DNA of 64,000 nucleotides from an uncultured Planctomycetota bacterium (GTDB lineage: Bacteria > Planctomycetota > Planctomycetia > Isosphaerales > Isosphaeraceae), in contig CAVTTN010000002.1 of the NCBI GenBank assembly GCA_963737655.1, forward strand, positions 5,856,001 to 5,920,000. Reading direction: 5' to 3'. This document shows positions 8,882-19,086 of the stretch, piece by piece. The position numbers and the translations under genes are program-made. The notes under the pieces were generated by a model. The model made no database searches and was not told the DNA's origin. It saw only the letters and a program-made list of their open reading frames with translations. The first letter of the stretch is position 1, and every line of letters starts with the position of its first letter.

Positions 8882-11152
8882 ATGGCTGTGCACGCGCCTC
8901 CGTCGGATGACGGCATCTATGGCCTGGTCGACCTGTCCCACGACGCCCCGGCCGAGACCGACGGGGAGTCCGAAGGGACCGTGGAGACGACCGGCTCCGC
9001 CTCGTCGCCGGCATCGGCCCCGGTAGCGGCTCAGGCCCCGGCCCCCCCGTCGTCGCCGTCCCCGGCCGAGGCCCCGACGGCCCGCAAGGGCCTTTTCGGC
9101 CGGTTCCTCCGCAAGGACAAGGCCGCCGAACCCGCGCCAGGGACCGAGGCCGCCTCGTCCCAGGCGGACCCGAAGGCCCAGACTTCGTCTCCGCCCTCGC
9201 CCCCGCCCAAACCCGCCGAGCCCGCCGGCCCGAAGCTGAGGACCCGGAAGAAGAAGGCCCGGACCTTGCGGTACACGGCCCCGGCCTGGGTCGTCTCGGC
9301 CGTGATCCACGGCGGACTCCTCGGCTTCCTCGGCGTGGTCGCCATCACGGCCGAGGCCGTCCACAAGCCCCCTCAGATCGATTCCGCCCCGTTCGACCCG
9401 AAGCTCTCCGCCGGCCAGGCCGAGGAGCTCGTCCACATCTACGCGCCCCCCTCGGCCCAGGCGCGCGACCAGGCCGTCGGCGACGCCTCGGCCAGCTCCT
9501 CGGCCCCCGGGGCCGGCCTCGGCGTCGGCACCGGGCCGCCCTCGGCCACCCCTCGCGTGGGGATGAGCACCGCCGTGGGCGAGGGCCACAGCCTGCCCCA
9601 GGTCAAGGTCGTCGGCAACCTCTCCGGCCTCGCCATGCTGCCCAACATGCCGTCCAAGGACTTCGGCCTCGGCGGCTCCTCCGGCGGAGGGGGCGGCGGC
9701 GGGATCTCCGGCGACGTGACGATGGGCACCAAGGACGTCGGCGAGGCCCTGGACCAGCTCGCCCGCGAGATCCTCCGCCACCTCCAGGCCCACAAGCTCA
9801 CCGTCGTCTGGCTGTTCGACGAATCCGGCTCGATGAAGGACGACCAGAAGGCCATCAAGGACAAGTTCTCCCGGGTCTCCAGCGAGCTGAAGCTCAACGT
9901 GGACGCCGACAAGAAGTCCGCCGGGGCCCTGAACCACGCCGTGATCGGCTTCGGCGAGAACTACGACGACGACCAGGGCAAGCCCACGCCCGACGTCGAT
10001 CGCGTCGGCAAGGCCATCGACCGCCTCCGCGTCGATTCCAGCGGCACGGAGAACACCTGCCAGGCCATCACCCGGGTCGTCAACGACTACGCGAAGCTGA
10101 TCGGCAAGGACCGCCGCCTCCTGATCGTCCTGGTGACCGACGAATCGGGCGACGACGGCGACTATGTCGAGGAAGCCCGGACGGCCCTGGTGAGCCGGGG
10201 CGTCCCCCTCTACGTGATCGGCCGCCAGGCCCTCTTTGGCTACGACCGGGCCCACCTCCTCTACATCGACCCGGTGACCAAGGAGCACTACTGGCCCACC
10301 ATCAAGCGAGGCCCCGAGAGCGCCGCCAGGGAAACCCTCCAGGTGGACGGCCTCCACGACCGCTGGGACGAGCAGCCCTCGGGCTTCGCCCCGTATGAGC
10401 TCGCCCGGCTGGCGAAGGACTCCGGCGGCATCTATTTCCTCCTCCCCAGCGAGGAGAACATGAGGGTCCGCCAGCGCGAGAAGGCGTACTCCATGACCAT
10501 CCTGAAGGAGTACGTGCCGGACTACGAGTCCCGCGCCGCCTACTTCGCCGCGAGGGACAAGTCCGAGCTCCGCAAGGCGATCGCCGAGGTCATCGACCTG
10601 ACCTCCAAGGACTTCGTCCCCAGGCGCCACTACCCGGTGAACCCGCCGGAATGCCTCCAGGCGATCCTGGACGAGTTCCCCAAGTGCCGGGCGAGGCTCA
10701 CGGCCTGGGTCGAGGTCGAGAAGAGGCTCCGCAAGCTCCAGCCCCTGCGCGACCGCGAGCCCGACAAGCGCTGGCAGGCCCACTTCGACCTCATGCTGGC
10801 GCAGGTCGTCACCTATCAGGTCAAGATCTACGAGTACATGGCCTGCCTCGACGAGATGGTGGCCCTCCTGAAGAAGGACGCCCTGAAGCCCAGCAAGATG
10901 CCCGAGCCCGGCAAGCTGGACATCACCTGGGTGATCAACCACTCGACCGACCGCAAGGCCCCGAAGGCCGAGACCGACAAGAAGTACGCCGAGGCCAAGC
11001 ACCTCCTGGAGCTGGTGATCCAGAGGCACAAGAACACCCCCTGGGCCGACCTCGCCCAGGACGAATTCGCCCGGGGCTTCGGCTGCCAGAGGAACGAGGA
11101 GCACCACGGCCCCGGCTACGCCGAGAGGGCCAAGTACGTGCCCAAATACTGA
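8882..11152 (+). CDS. Membrane-anchored vWA domain protein, paralogue of the upstream gene
   Basis: PAWVVSAVIH, FDESGS, VTDE, RWQAHFDL, TPWA. Confidence 0.85.
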   Translation: MAVHAPPSDDGIYGLVDLSHDAPAETDGESEGTVETTGSASSPASAPVAAQAPAPPSSPSPAEAPTARKGLFGRFLRKDKAAEPAPGTEAASSQADPKAQTSSPPSPPPKPAEPAGPKLRTRKKKARTLRYTAPAWVVSAVIHGGLLGFLGVVAITAEAVHKPPQIDSAPFDPKLSAGQAEELVHIYAPPSAQARDQAVGDASASSSAPGAGLGVGTGPPSATPRVGMSTAVGEGHSLPQVKVVGNLSGLAMLPNMPSKDFGLGGSSGGGGGGGISGDVTMGTKDVGEALDQLAREILRHLQAHKLTVVWLFDESGSMKDDQKAIKDKFSRVSSELKLNVDADKKSAGALNHAVIGFGENYDDDQGKPTPDVDRVGKAIDRLRVDSSGTENTCQAITRVVNDYAKLIGKDRRLLIVLVTDESGDDGDYVEEARTALVSRGVPLYVIGRQALFGYDRAHLLYIDPVTKEHYWPTIKRGPESAARETLQVDGLHDRWDEQPSGFAPYELARLAKDSGGIYFLLPSEENMRVRQREKAYSMTILKEYVPDYESRAAYFAARDKSELRKAIAEVIDLTSKDFVPRRHYPVNPPECLQAILDEFPKCRARLTAWVEVEKRLRKLQPLRDREPDKRWQAHFDLMLAQVVTYQVKIYEYMACLDEMVALLKKDALKPSKMPEPGKLDITWVINHSTDRKAPKAETDKKYAEAKHLLELVIQRHKNTPWADLAQDEFARGFGCQRNEEHHGPGYAERAKYVPKY

Positions 11153-11818
11153 CGAAGGAACGATCCTGAAGCTGAATGGGGCGGGGCCTGGAGCCGACCG
11201 CGGAACACGCGGGCTTCAGGCCGGTCGGTGGCCCGGTCGAACCCAAGCCCGCGACAAGCCGAGACGCTCCGACGGATCACCCTCGGATCGCGCACGACGG
11301 TCCTTCGTCGGGCAGGCCCCGGCCGGCCGTCCCACGAGCCGGATTCCGTGAGGACTCAAGTGATTCGCTCAAGTCGCCATTTTTGGGTCTTGAATCTCCT
11401 GCTCATCCTGGTTGCTAGTCCAGGCTCGAGGGCCAACGGTCCTTCGGGGCGATTGCCGATTGTGCAAGCGCGCGACATTACAAAGGACGAGGCGATCGCG
11501 ATCGCCAGGGATTACCTGGTCAGGAAAAATCAATTGCCGGAAACATATACAAATATTAATTCACGCTGGAACAAGGAACGGATGATTTGGATTGTCATCT
11601 TCTCAAGGGAACCTCGCGCCCGGGGCGAGCAAAGATCGTACATGTCGATACTGAGGGGAAACCAAGGATGGGTCCCAGGCTCAAATGATCCAGGCGGGAC
11701 AGGAACGGCCGCGTCTCACCGGGGATGAGGACAGGTGGGTCTCGCTGGTCGTACTCGATTCATGCTGATTTGAAGATCGTTAATGATCGACTACGACCGT
11801 ACCCGTTCAACGTGTTCA

Positions 11819-11912
11819 AGGGCGGTTTTCGTAGGGTCCGCCCTTGCGCACTCCTTCGGGACCCGGCGCAATCGAAGAGGTCCGCAATAGCGGACCCTAC
11901 GAAAACCGCCCT
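11819..11912. repeat. GTAG-type REP doublet (REPIN-like)
   Basis: Perfect 23-bp inverted repeat AGGGCGGTTTTCGTAGGGTCCGC (11819-11841) and 11890-11912. Confidence 0.8.
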
Positions 11913-11989
11913 CGACCTCGCGAAACACGAACGTGTGATTATGGGCTCCGGTTCGGCCCGGGCCGTCCGGGGCGTTGGCGGATCGGCGG

Positions 11990-12808
11990 TCAGTGGGCGA
12001 TCCCGCCCATCCTCCTGAGGTCGGAGCCTTCGAGGAGGTCGATGTGCGGGCCGGGGACGTGGTGGTCCCGGGAGCGGAGCCATTTGTAGATCAGGGGGAC
12101 GAGCTCTCGGTTCAGGGCGTGGTAGCCTGCGGGGTTCAGGTGCAGCGTGTCCTGGGCGAAGTCGCGGCGGACCTCCTCGCGGTCGTTGAGGAGGGCGTGC
12201 GCGTCGAGGACCTCGACCCCGTCGGCGTCCATCCCGCGGATGAACTGGTTGACCTCCTCGACGGCCTCGCCGATGGCGGGCGACCAGAAGGGCTTGCGCT
12301 CGATCGGGACCGAGGAGTTCGGGAAGATCGTCGTGACGATCACGTCGGCCCCGATCTCCTGGAAGCGGGCGACCAGCTCCGCGATCCCCTCGCGGCAATT
12401 GTTCACCGTGAGGTCGCGCCGCCCGGGGAACAGGGGGATCGTCTTCAGGTCGTTGATCCCGACCTGGAGGATCGCCAGGTCGGGCGCGAGCGGGGCGGCG
12501 TGGAGGTCGAACCGGCTGAGGACCTGGGCCGTGGTCTGGCCGCTGATGCCCCGATTCACGAACTCGACGCCCTCGATGGTCGGGGGGATCCAGCCCACCG
12601 ACCGCGAGTCCCCGTAGAACATGATCCGGGGCCGCGATCGATCCCGCCTCTCCGCCGGGGCGGCCGCCGGGTAGTAGCGCGTGCCCAGGGGATCGATGCA
12701 TGTTATATTGTATCGCAAATAATATTTTTTCGCATGATGGAGCAACTTAAAATTAACGAAGACGGAAACCAACAAGATGACGACCAGGACAGCGAGCAGT
12801 CCATACAT
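11990..12808 (-). CDS. SGNH/GDSL hydrolase
   Basis: FYGDS, NRGISGQTT, GINDL and DTLHLN blocks; N-terminal TM. Confidence 0.9.
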   Translation of the reverse strand: MYGLLAVLVVILLVSVFVNFKLLHHAKKYYLRYNITCIDPLGTRYYPAAAPAERRDRSRPRIMFYGDSRSVGWIPPTIEGVEFVNRGISGQTTAQVLSRFDLHAAPLAPDLAILQVGINDLKTIPLFPGRRDLTVNNCREGIAELVARFQEIGADVIVTTIFPNSSVPIERKPFWSPAIGEAVEEVNQFIRGMDADGVEVLDAHALLNDREEVRRDFAQDTLHLNPAGYHALNRELVPLIYKWLRSRDHHVPGPHIDLLEGSDLRRMGGIAH

Positions 12809-13355
12809 TGCGGATGACTCCTGGTGGACTGAGGGCCGCGCCGTTGCGGTCATCGATTTCGATGAAAAACTGTAGACAATCCTCGTCTGTTGTACCATAT
12901 CTTTTCGCAAGATCGTCAAGACCTGTATGATGAGCCCAACATAAGGTTTCTGCATGCTGTAATGGCTCCTTGATAGGAGTTACGCCAAAGATTGCGTCGG
13001 AGCCGCCATTCCGGGGGGTGCCGTCGTCTCAGAAGGCCGATGTTCGGCGGGAACGAGTGTCACAAGGCGGGAAGGCGAGCCCGAGAGGCGGTGGGGCCAT
13101 CGCGGCAATCCGGGAGATGGGGCGGAAAGATCGAGGAAAGAATTCCCGAATCGCGCCGGGGCCGAGTCCCGAACGGGGCCGGCGAACCGTTCGCGACCGC
13201 GGCCGGAGGGATCGCCCGGAGGCGAGGTTCCCGGCCGTTGATGACCCCGGAGAGACTCGTCGGCGTCCCCGGGGTTTGATGGAGTAGGGGGGCCGCGGGC
13301 CGGCGGACCGGGTCGCGTCGTCTCCGGGGCGTTCGTGGAGGAGGAGGGATTCGTC

Positions 13356-14192
13356 ATGAGGGCCATCTGGGGCTGGGTGGGGGCGGGCCTGATCGTGGTC
13401 GGTGGCCTGCTGACGCCGTCGTCGGGGGCGTTCGGGGCCAGGGGCAAGGGGGGCGGGGGTCGGCCGGCAGCCCATCGGTCCGCGCCTCGGCCCCATCCGC
13501 CGTCTCGGAGCACCTATCGGCCGCCGAAGCCGCCGAGCCATCCCTCCCGGCCTCGGGCGGCGGCGCCCCGGCGGTCGGCCCCGAAGCCGGCCCATCATTC
13601 GAGCGTCCCGGCGAGCCGCCCGAAGGCCCATCCGTCGGCCTCGACGCCCCATCCGAGCCGGTCCGCCGCGACCCATTCGACGCGAGTCCGAACGGCCGGG
13701 CCGACGGCCCGCGCCCCTCGCTCGACGAGGACGACGACCGTCCGTCGTCCCTCCCGCCATCACCCCGGGCGTCGCTACACGCATCGGGGGGGCGTCCGGC
13801 TTTCCCGGGGGTGGGGCTATTCGCGACGCTACGCGGTGAGCAATGGGAACGTCCGGGCGATCGTCGGCCGGCTCCGGGCGACCCATTCCGGGCTCTCCCG
13901 GCTCGATCGAGACTACAACGGGCATCGCGCCCGGGCGATGCGTTCGATCCGGCGGGCCGTGAGGCTCCTGACCCACTCGTCCCGAGGGCTCCGGACCTCG
14001 ACGACCGGCCGGAGGGGGGGCGCGACGATGCCGCAGGCCCAGTCCGATACGATGATGAGGCGGGGCCTCCAGACGTTACGGGGTGTTCACGTCCAGATGA
14101 CGAGAAATGCTCTCATGTCGAGCCATAACGCGGCGAGGGCCTCGGTCCGCCGGGCGATCCGGGAGCTGGAGGTGGGCCTGCGGGTTCGTTGA
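13356..14192 (+). CDS. Secreted Arg/Pro/Ser-rich hypothetical protein
   Basis: Strong GGAGGAGG RBS, signal peptide, low-complexity linker, helical C-terminus (DYNGHRARAM). Confidence 0.6.
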   Translation: MRAIWGWVGAGLIVVGGLLTPSSGAFGARGKGGGGRPAAHRSAPRPHPPSRSTYRPPKPPSHPSRPRAAAPRRSAPKPAHHSSVPASRPKAHPSASTPHPSRSAATHSTRVRTAGPTARAPRSTRTTTVRRPSRHHPGRRYTHRGGVRLSRGWGYSRRYAVSNGNVRAIVGRLRATHSGLSRLDRDYNGHRARAMRSIRRAVRLLTHSSRGLRTSTTGRRGGATMPQAQSDTMMRRGLQTLRGVHVQMTRNALMSSHNAARASVRRAIRELEVGLRVR

Positions 14193-14210
14193 TCGCGACG
14201 AGGGGCGGGT

Positions 14211-14927
14211 TCAGGGCTTCGGAGGGGCCGGCTCGTCCTGGTCCTGGAGGCTCTTGGTGATGAGCCCGCCCCCCTCGGTGAGCTCGACGAAGTAGGATCG
14301 GCCCTTGATCTCGATCTCGGCTTCGAAGACGTGGCCGCCGATCCCGGTGGCCCGGGTGATCGGCCCGATCTTGCCCCCCTGGGCCTGCTCCTTGAAGGCG
14401 TGCTGGACGGCGTTGGGGCAGTGGGTCAGCTCGATCTCGTCCTCGGCGACGATCAGCATCTTCTCGACGAGCGTGCCGTTCTCGGCCACGACGATCGAGT
14501 ACTCCTTGCCGCCGAGCGAGACGATGGCCTCGAAGACGGGGACGCCGTACTTGAGGTCGCGGGCGACGGCGTCGAATTTGGCGTCCCTGGCCTCGCGCTT
14601 GAACGTCGCCTGGACGGCCGCCGGGCAGGCCGAGAACTTCACCTCCTCCTCGCCGACCTCCAGGCCCATTTCTGTGAGCATGCCTTCGGCATCGACATAA
14701 ATGCGATATTTCCGCCCGCCGAGCGTCGCGGACGCGTCGTAGCTGGTCCGTCCGTCCTCGACGATCTTCTCGATCGAGTCGAGCCGGCCGCCCCTGGTCT
14801 CGACCTCCAGCATCTTCTTCACGGCGGGCGGGCAATCGGCGAGCTTGATCGGGGTCGCGTCGTCGCCGAGGACCGAGAGCGTCAAGGCGAGGCCGAGCCA
14901 GGTCGCCAGGGCCGAGGATCGGGTCAT
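14211..14927 (-). CDS. Secreted PepSY-like repeat protein
   Basis: Three repeats beginning CPPAV, CPAAV and CPNAV; signal peptide. Confidence 0.7.
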   Translation of the reverse strand: MTRSSALATWLGLALTLSVLGDDATPIKLADCPPAVKKMLEVETRGGRLDSIEKIVEDGRTSYDASATLGGRKYRIYVDAEGMLTEMGLEVGEEEVKFSACPAAVQATFKREARDAKFDAVARDLKYGVPVFEAIVSLGGKEYSIVVAENGTLVEKMLIVAEDEIELTHCPNAVQHAFKEQAQGGKIGPITRATGIGGHVFEAEIEIKGRSYFVELTEGGGLITKSLQDQDEPAPPKP

Positions 14928-15007
14928 TCGAGGTCGCTCCCGGGTTCGAGGACCATCGGATCGGGTCGGGATCGGAACGAGGAGGCCGGGCGTCCCGGGC
15001 TCGCGGC

Positions 15008-16198
15008 TCAATTCCCCGCCTTTTTCTTCGCCTCGGCGGCCTTGGCCGGGGCTTCGGCGGCCTTGGGCTCGGCCTTCTTGGCCGCGGCCGTCTCGACCAC
15101 GCCCTCGCTCTCGTACTGGACCGGGGTGAAGAGGAACCGCGGCTCCCAGTCGAGGACTCGGGCCTTGACCGGGTCGTCCAGGTACTTCATCAGCGTGGGC
15201 GCGACCTTGGGGATGAACTGGAGGAGCTTGGTGCCGTGGAGCGAGGATTCGACGTAGGAAACCTTGCTCCTCTGGTGCCGCTCGACGATCGGCTGGGCGG
15301 CCTTCACCGCGTCGACCGAGGGGCCATCCCGGTCTCCGCAGAGCAGCAGGATCGGGATTCTCGGGGCGATCGGCGGGAGGAGCTGCTGGAGCTTCAGGCC
15401 CTGGGAATCGACCACGGGCGAGAGCAGGGCCAGCCCCGAGAGGTCGCCGATCCGGCCCTCCGACGACACCGCCGCGCCCGGCGTGGCGGCCCAGGCGGCG
15501 ACGAGGTTCGCGCCGTCGCCGATGGCGATCACGCCGAGCTTCGCCAGGTTCAGCTCCTCGCGGTTGTGACGATCGACGAGGAAGAGGTAGACCGATTGGA
15601 GGTCGGCGGTCATGGCCCGCCACTGCTCGGCCCCGGGCTCGTGCCGGGGGTTGCGGCCGTGGCCCCGGAGGTCGGGCACGATCACGGCGTACCCCTGTTC
15701 CTGGAGGGTCTCGGCCATCCCCTTGCCCTTGAGCTCCTCCAGGGGCTCGGAGAAGTCCTTGCCCGATCGGCCGGCGCCCCGGTCGTGGATCAGGAGGACG
15801 ACCGGGGCGGTCCTCCGGGTCCTGGCCGGGTAATAGTCGACGGCCAGGGGGGCGCCGTCGGCCCCGGCGATCCTCATCTGGAAGTGGAACGGCCAGGTCG
15901 GCGGCGCGAGCGGGACGGCGGCCGGGGCGTTGTCGGCCTTGGCCATGTTGCCGCCGGCCTTCCTCAGCGGATCGCCGGCGTTGGGCCGACCCTTCTTCGG
16001 AGGCGCCCCGGCCGGCGCCACCGGGCCCTTCTTCTTGCCGGCCGGCTTGGCCTTCTCGGCCTTGGCCGCCCCCTTGGGGTCGGGCTCGGGCGGCTGGTCC
16101 TGGGCCGAGACGAGCCCGAGGCCCAGGGTGAGCATCAACGAGGCCCCCGCCGAGGCCAGGAGGCCCATCGTCCTCGGGCCGATCAGGGATCGTCGCAT
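15008..16198 (-). CDS. Secreted alpha/beta-hydrolase-fold protein
   Basis: PVVLLIHD and PDLRGHG; nucleophile-elbow position reads AIGDG (non-canonical). Confidence 0.8.
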   Translation of the reverse strand: MRRSLIGPRTMGLLASAGASLMLTLGLGLVSAQDQPPEPDPKGAAKAEKAKPAGKKKGPVAPAGAPPKKGRPNAGDPLRKAGGNMAKADNAPAAVPLAPPTWPFHFQMRIAGADGAPLAVDYYPARTRRTAPVVLLIHDRGAGRSGKDFSEPLEELKGKGMAETLQEQGYAVIVPDLRGHGRNPRHEPGAEQWRAMTADLQSVYLFLVDRHNREELNLAKLGVIAIGDGANLVAAWAATPGAAVSSEGRIGDLSGLALLSPVVDSQGLKLQQLLPPIAPRIPILLLCGDRDGPSVDAVKAAQPIVERHQRSKVSYVESSLHGTKLLQFIPKVAPTLMKYLDDPVKARVLDWEPRFLFTPVQYESEGVVETAAAKKAEPKAAEAPAKAAEAKKKAGN

Positions 16199-16359
16199 CG
16201 GGCCTCGCCTCCCCTCTCGCAGACCTCCGCCCCCCGGAACAAGGGCGACTCCCTCCATCGTAAGGCCCCCCGACGGCCCCGACAAGCGCCGGAGCCGGCC
16301 CGACTCGGGCAATCCGGCAACTTCTCCGCTACAATCGATCCGAGAGGGGAGGCCCGGCC

Positions 16360-17169
16360 ATGATCGCCCTGATCGAATCGAAGAAGGAAGAACTCTTCGA
16401 CCCCTGCCGCCGCCACGGGGTCAAGACGCTGGAGCTCTTCGGCTCGGCCCTCTCCGACCGCTTCGACACGGAGGCCAGCGACCTGGATTTCCTCGTCGAA
16501 TACGGCCCTGAAAGGGAATCGCTTCGAGATTACTTCGACTTCAAGTTCGCCCTCGAAGACCTCTTCGGGAGGGACGTCGACCTCATCGACGCCGGAGCGA
16601 TCCGCAACCCCTATTTCCTCGAAGCGATCGCGGGGGAGCGGACGCGAGTCTATGCCGACGGACCCGGCGGAGCCTGCCCCTCCCCGGCCCGGTCGGGTCG
16701 TCGCGTCGTGACCACGCCCGCGAACGGCCTTCCGCTTCGGGCCCTCCAACGGCTGTGGGACATCCAGCAGGCCGCGCTCCGGCTGGCGAGCTTTGCCGAG
16801 TCGGGGCCGCCGTCGACCGATCGGGGCCAGGCGATCCTCCGTGCCGCCGCGGAGGGGCAGATCCTCGCCCTCGGCCGGGCCCTGGCGAGGGGGGATGAGG
16901 AATTGCCCGCCCTCCCGTTCCGGGACACGCGATCGCTCGCGAAAGTCCGGGAGGCGCTGACCCTGGACGCTTCGACCGTCGGCGATGCGACGATCTGGGA
17001 GGCCGTGGGCGACGACCTGCCCCCTCTCCTGGCCGAGGTCGAGGCCCGGCTTTCGGGCGATCCCCTCGCAGCTCCCGAGGGGAGGGCGTCGCCTCCCGCC
17101 GAATCCGGGGCGACCGGAGGTCCCGTCGGGTTCAGGAAATGCACAGTCTTTCCTGCGTCCTCGGCCTGA
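16360..17169 (+). CDS. Minimal nucleotidyltransferase fused to a degenerate DUF86/HEPN-like domain
   Basis: LFGSALS...SDLDFLV...VDL...NPYF, then RLWDIQQAA...VGDATIWEAVGDDLPPL in the same frame. Confidence 0.7.
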   Translation: MIALIESKKEELFDPCRRHGVKTLELFGSALSDRFDTEASDLDFLVEYGPERESLRDYFDFKFALEDLFGRDVDLIDAGAIRNPYFLEAIAGERTRVYADGPGGACPSPARSGRRVVTTPANGLPLRALQRLWDIQQAALRLASFAESGPPSTDRGQAILRAAAEGQILALGRALARGDEELPALPFRDTRSLAKVREALTLDASTVGDATIWEAVGDDLPPLLAEVEARLSGDPLAAPEGRASPPAESGATGGPVGFRKCTVFPASSA

Positions 17170-17244
17170 CGGCTTCCCTGATCACGTCGGAGAAGGTCCC
17201 ACTCCGATCCCTCCTCTTCCCCTCAATCCCCGCGAGTCGCACCC

Positions 17245-19086
17245 ATGCCCGAATCCTCATCCTCCCCCGCCCTGCCCCGTCGCGAGTTCCTCCGCCGGGC
17301 CGCCGCCGCCTCGGTCGCCGTCCCCTTGCTGGCGTCTTCCGAGGCCCTGGGCGCGACCGCCCAGCGGGAGGCCGACGCCTTCCTCGCGAAATATGTCGAT
17401 GGCTGGCTCCCCCTCGAAGCCGCCGCCAATCAGGCGTCGTGGACCGCCTTGACCGACGTGACCGAGGCCCACACCGCCGCCCAGGTCGCGAAGAACCAGG
17501 CCCTCAACGAGTTCGTCGGCTCTCGCGAGGTCATCGACGGCGTCAAGTCCCTGCTCGCCCGCCGGGCCGAGCTCTCGGACCTGACCGTCCGCCAGCTCGA
17601 AAAGGCCCGCCTCCGCGCCGCCGAGGCCCCGGGCACCATCCCCGAAATCGTCAAGGAACGGACCGAGGCCGAGGCCCGCCAATCCGCCGTCCAGGACGGC
17701 TACACCTTCTTCATGGCCCGGGGCGCCCAGGGAGGCCCCGTCTCGGCCAACGAGATCGACGGCGTCCTCGTCGGGTCTCGCGACCTGCCGGAGAGGCTCG
17801 GGGCGTGGGCTGCGTCCAAGACGATCGGCCAGGCGCTCCGGCCGGGCCTCTTGAAGCTCCGCGACCTCCGCAACCGCGCGGCCCGCGAGCTCGGCTTCGA
17901 CGACTTCTTCGCCTTGCAGGTCGCCGACTACGGGATGACCACCGCCGAGATGATCGCCCTGTGCGACGGCTTCGTGGCGCAGGTCAAGCCCCTGTATGAA
18001 CAGCTCCACACCTGGGCCAAGCACGAGCTCGCCCGCCGCTACAAGGCCGACGCCCCCGACGGCAAGATCCCCGCCCACTGGCTCCCCAACCGCTGGGGCC
18101 AGAACTGGCCGGGCCTGGTCGAGGGCGTGGACATGGACGCCCCGTTCCAGGGCAAGACCAAGGAGTACATCACCGAGCAGGCCGAACGGTTCTACACCTC
18201 TTTGGGATTCCCCCCCCTGCCCCGATCCTTCTACGAGAAGAGCGACCTCTACCCGCCCGACCCCAAGTCCAACCGCAAGAAGAACTCGCACGCCAGCGCC
18301 TGGCACGTCGATCTGAAGCAGGACGTCCGCAGCCTGATGAGCATCGAGCCCGACTCCCGATGGTTCGGCACCGCCCACCACGAACTCGGCCATATTTACT
18401 ATTACATCAGCTATTCCACACCCCAGGTCCCGTACCTCCTCCGGGGCGGCGCCAATCGCGCCTTCCACGAAGGCATCGGCGACCTGATCGGCGTGGCGGC
18501 CGGCCAGAAGCCGTACTTGAAGCAGATGGGCCTGCTCACGCCCGAGGCCGAGAAGGCCGACACCGTCACCTACCTCCTCGACGCCGCACTCGACCGCTCG
18601 ATCACCTTCATCCCCTTCTCCGCCGGGACCATGACGAGGTTCGAGCGCGACTTCTACGCCGGGAGCATCCAGCCCGACGCCCTGAACGCCGCCTGGTGGC
18701 AGATCGTCGGGCAATACCAGGGGATCGCCCCGCCGATCGACCGGCCCGAGCACCTCTGCGACGCCGCCACCAAGACCCACATCAACGACGACCCGGCGCA
18801 ATACTACGACTACGCCATCGGGACCGTCCTGAAGTTCCAGCTCCACGACCACATCGCCCGCGAAATCCTCAAGCAAGACCCCCGCGAGTGCAATTACTAC
18901 GGGAACAAGAAGGTCGGCGACTTCCTCTCAGGAATCCTCGGCCTCGGGGCCACGAAAGACTGGAACACCGTCCTCCGAGACGCCACCGGCTCGGGCCTCT
19001 CCGCCGCGCCCATGGTCGCCTACTTCGAGCCGCTCAAGGCGTGGCTGGAGCAGAAGAACCAGGGCCGCAAAATCGGCTGGGGCTGA
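17245..19086 (+). CDS. M2-family metallopeptidase (peptidyl-dipeptidase A, ACE-like), Tat-exported
   Basis: PRREFL Tat motif; HASAW; HHELGH; GANRAFHEGIGD; LKFQLHD; YFEPL. Confidence 0.92.
   Translation: MPESSSSPALPRREFLRRAAAASVAVPLLASSEALGATAQREADAFLAKYVDGWLPLEAAANQASWTALTDVTEAHTAAQVAKNQALNEFVGSREVIDGVKSLLARRAELSDLTVRQLEKARLRAAEAPGTIPEIVKERTEAEARQSAVQDGYTFFMARGAQGGPVSANEIDGVLVGSRDLPERLGAWAASKTIGQALRPGLLKLRDLRNRAARELGFDDFFALQVADYGMTTAEMIALCDGFVAQVKPLYEQLHTWAKHELARRYKADAPDGKIPAHWLPNRWGQNWPGLVEGVDMDAPFQGKTKEYITEQAERFYTSLGFPPLPRSFYEKSDLYPPDPKSNRKKNSHASAWHVDLKQDVRSLMSIEPDSRWFGTAHHELGHIYYYISYSTPQVPYLLRGGANRAFHEGIGDLIGVAAGQKPYLKQMGLLTPEAEKADTVTYLLDAALDRSITFIPFSAGTMTRFERDFYAGSIQPDALNAAWWQIVGQYQGIAPPIDRPEHLCDAATKTHINDDPAQYYDYAIGTVLKFQLHDHIAREILKQDPRECNYYGNKKVGDFLSGILGLGATKDWNTVLRDATGSGLSAAPMVAYFEPLKAWLEQKNQGRKIGWG

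Noticed and set aside
6688..11107. Long minus-strand ORFs (742 aa and 847 aa) and similar shadow ORFs elsewhere
   Set aside because: Antisense shadows of real high-GC genes, with no motifs.
11228..11728. Small possible PepSY-like or immunity gene (ITKDEAIAIARDYL...WIVIF)
   Set aside because: Start and end are unclear and it overlaps a dispersed repeat; too weak to call.
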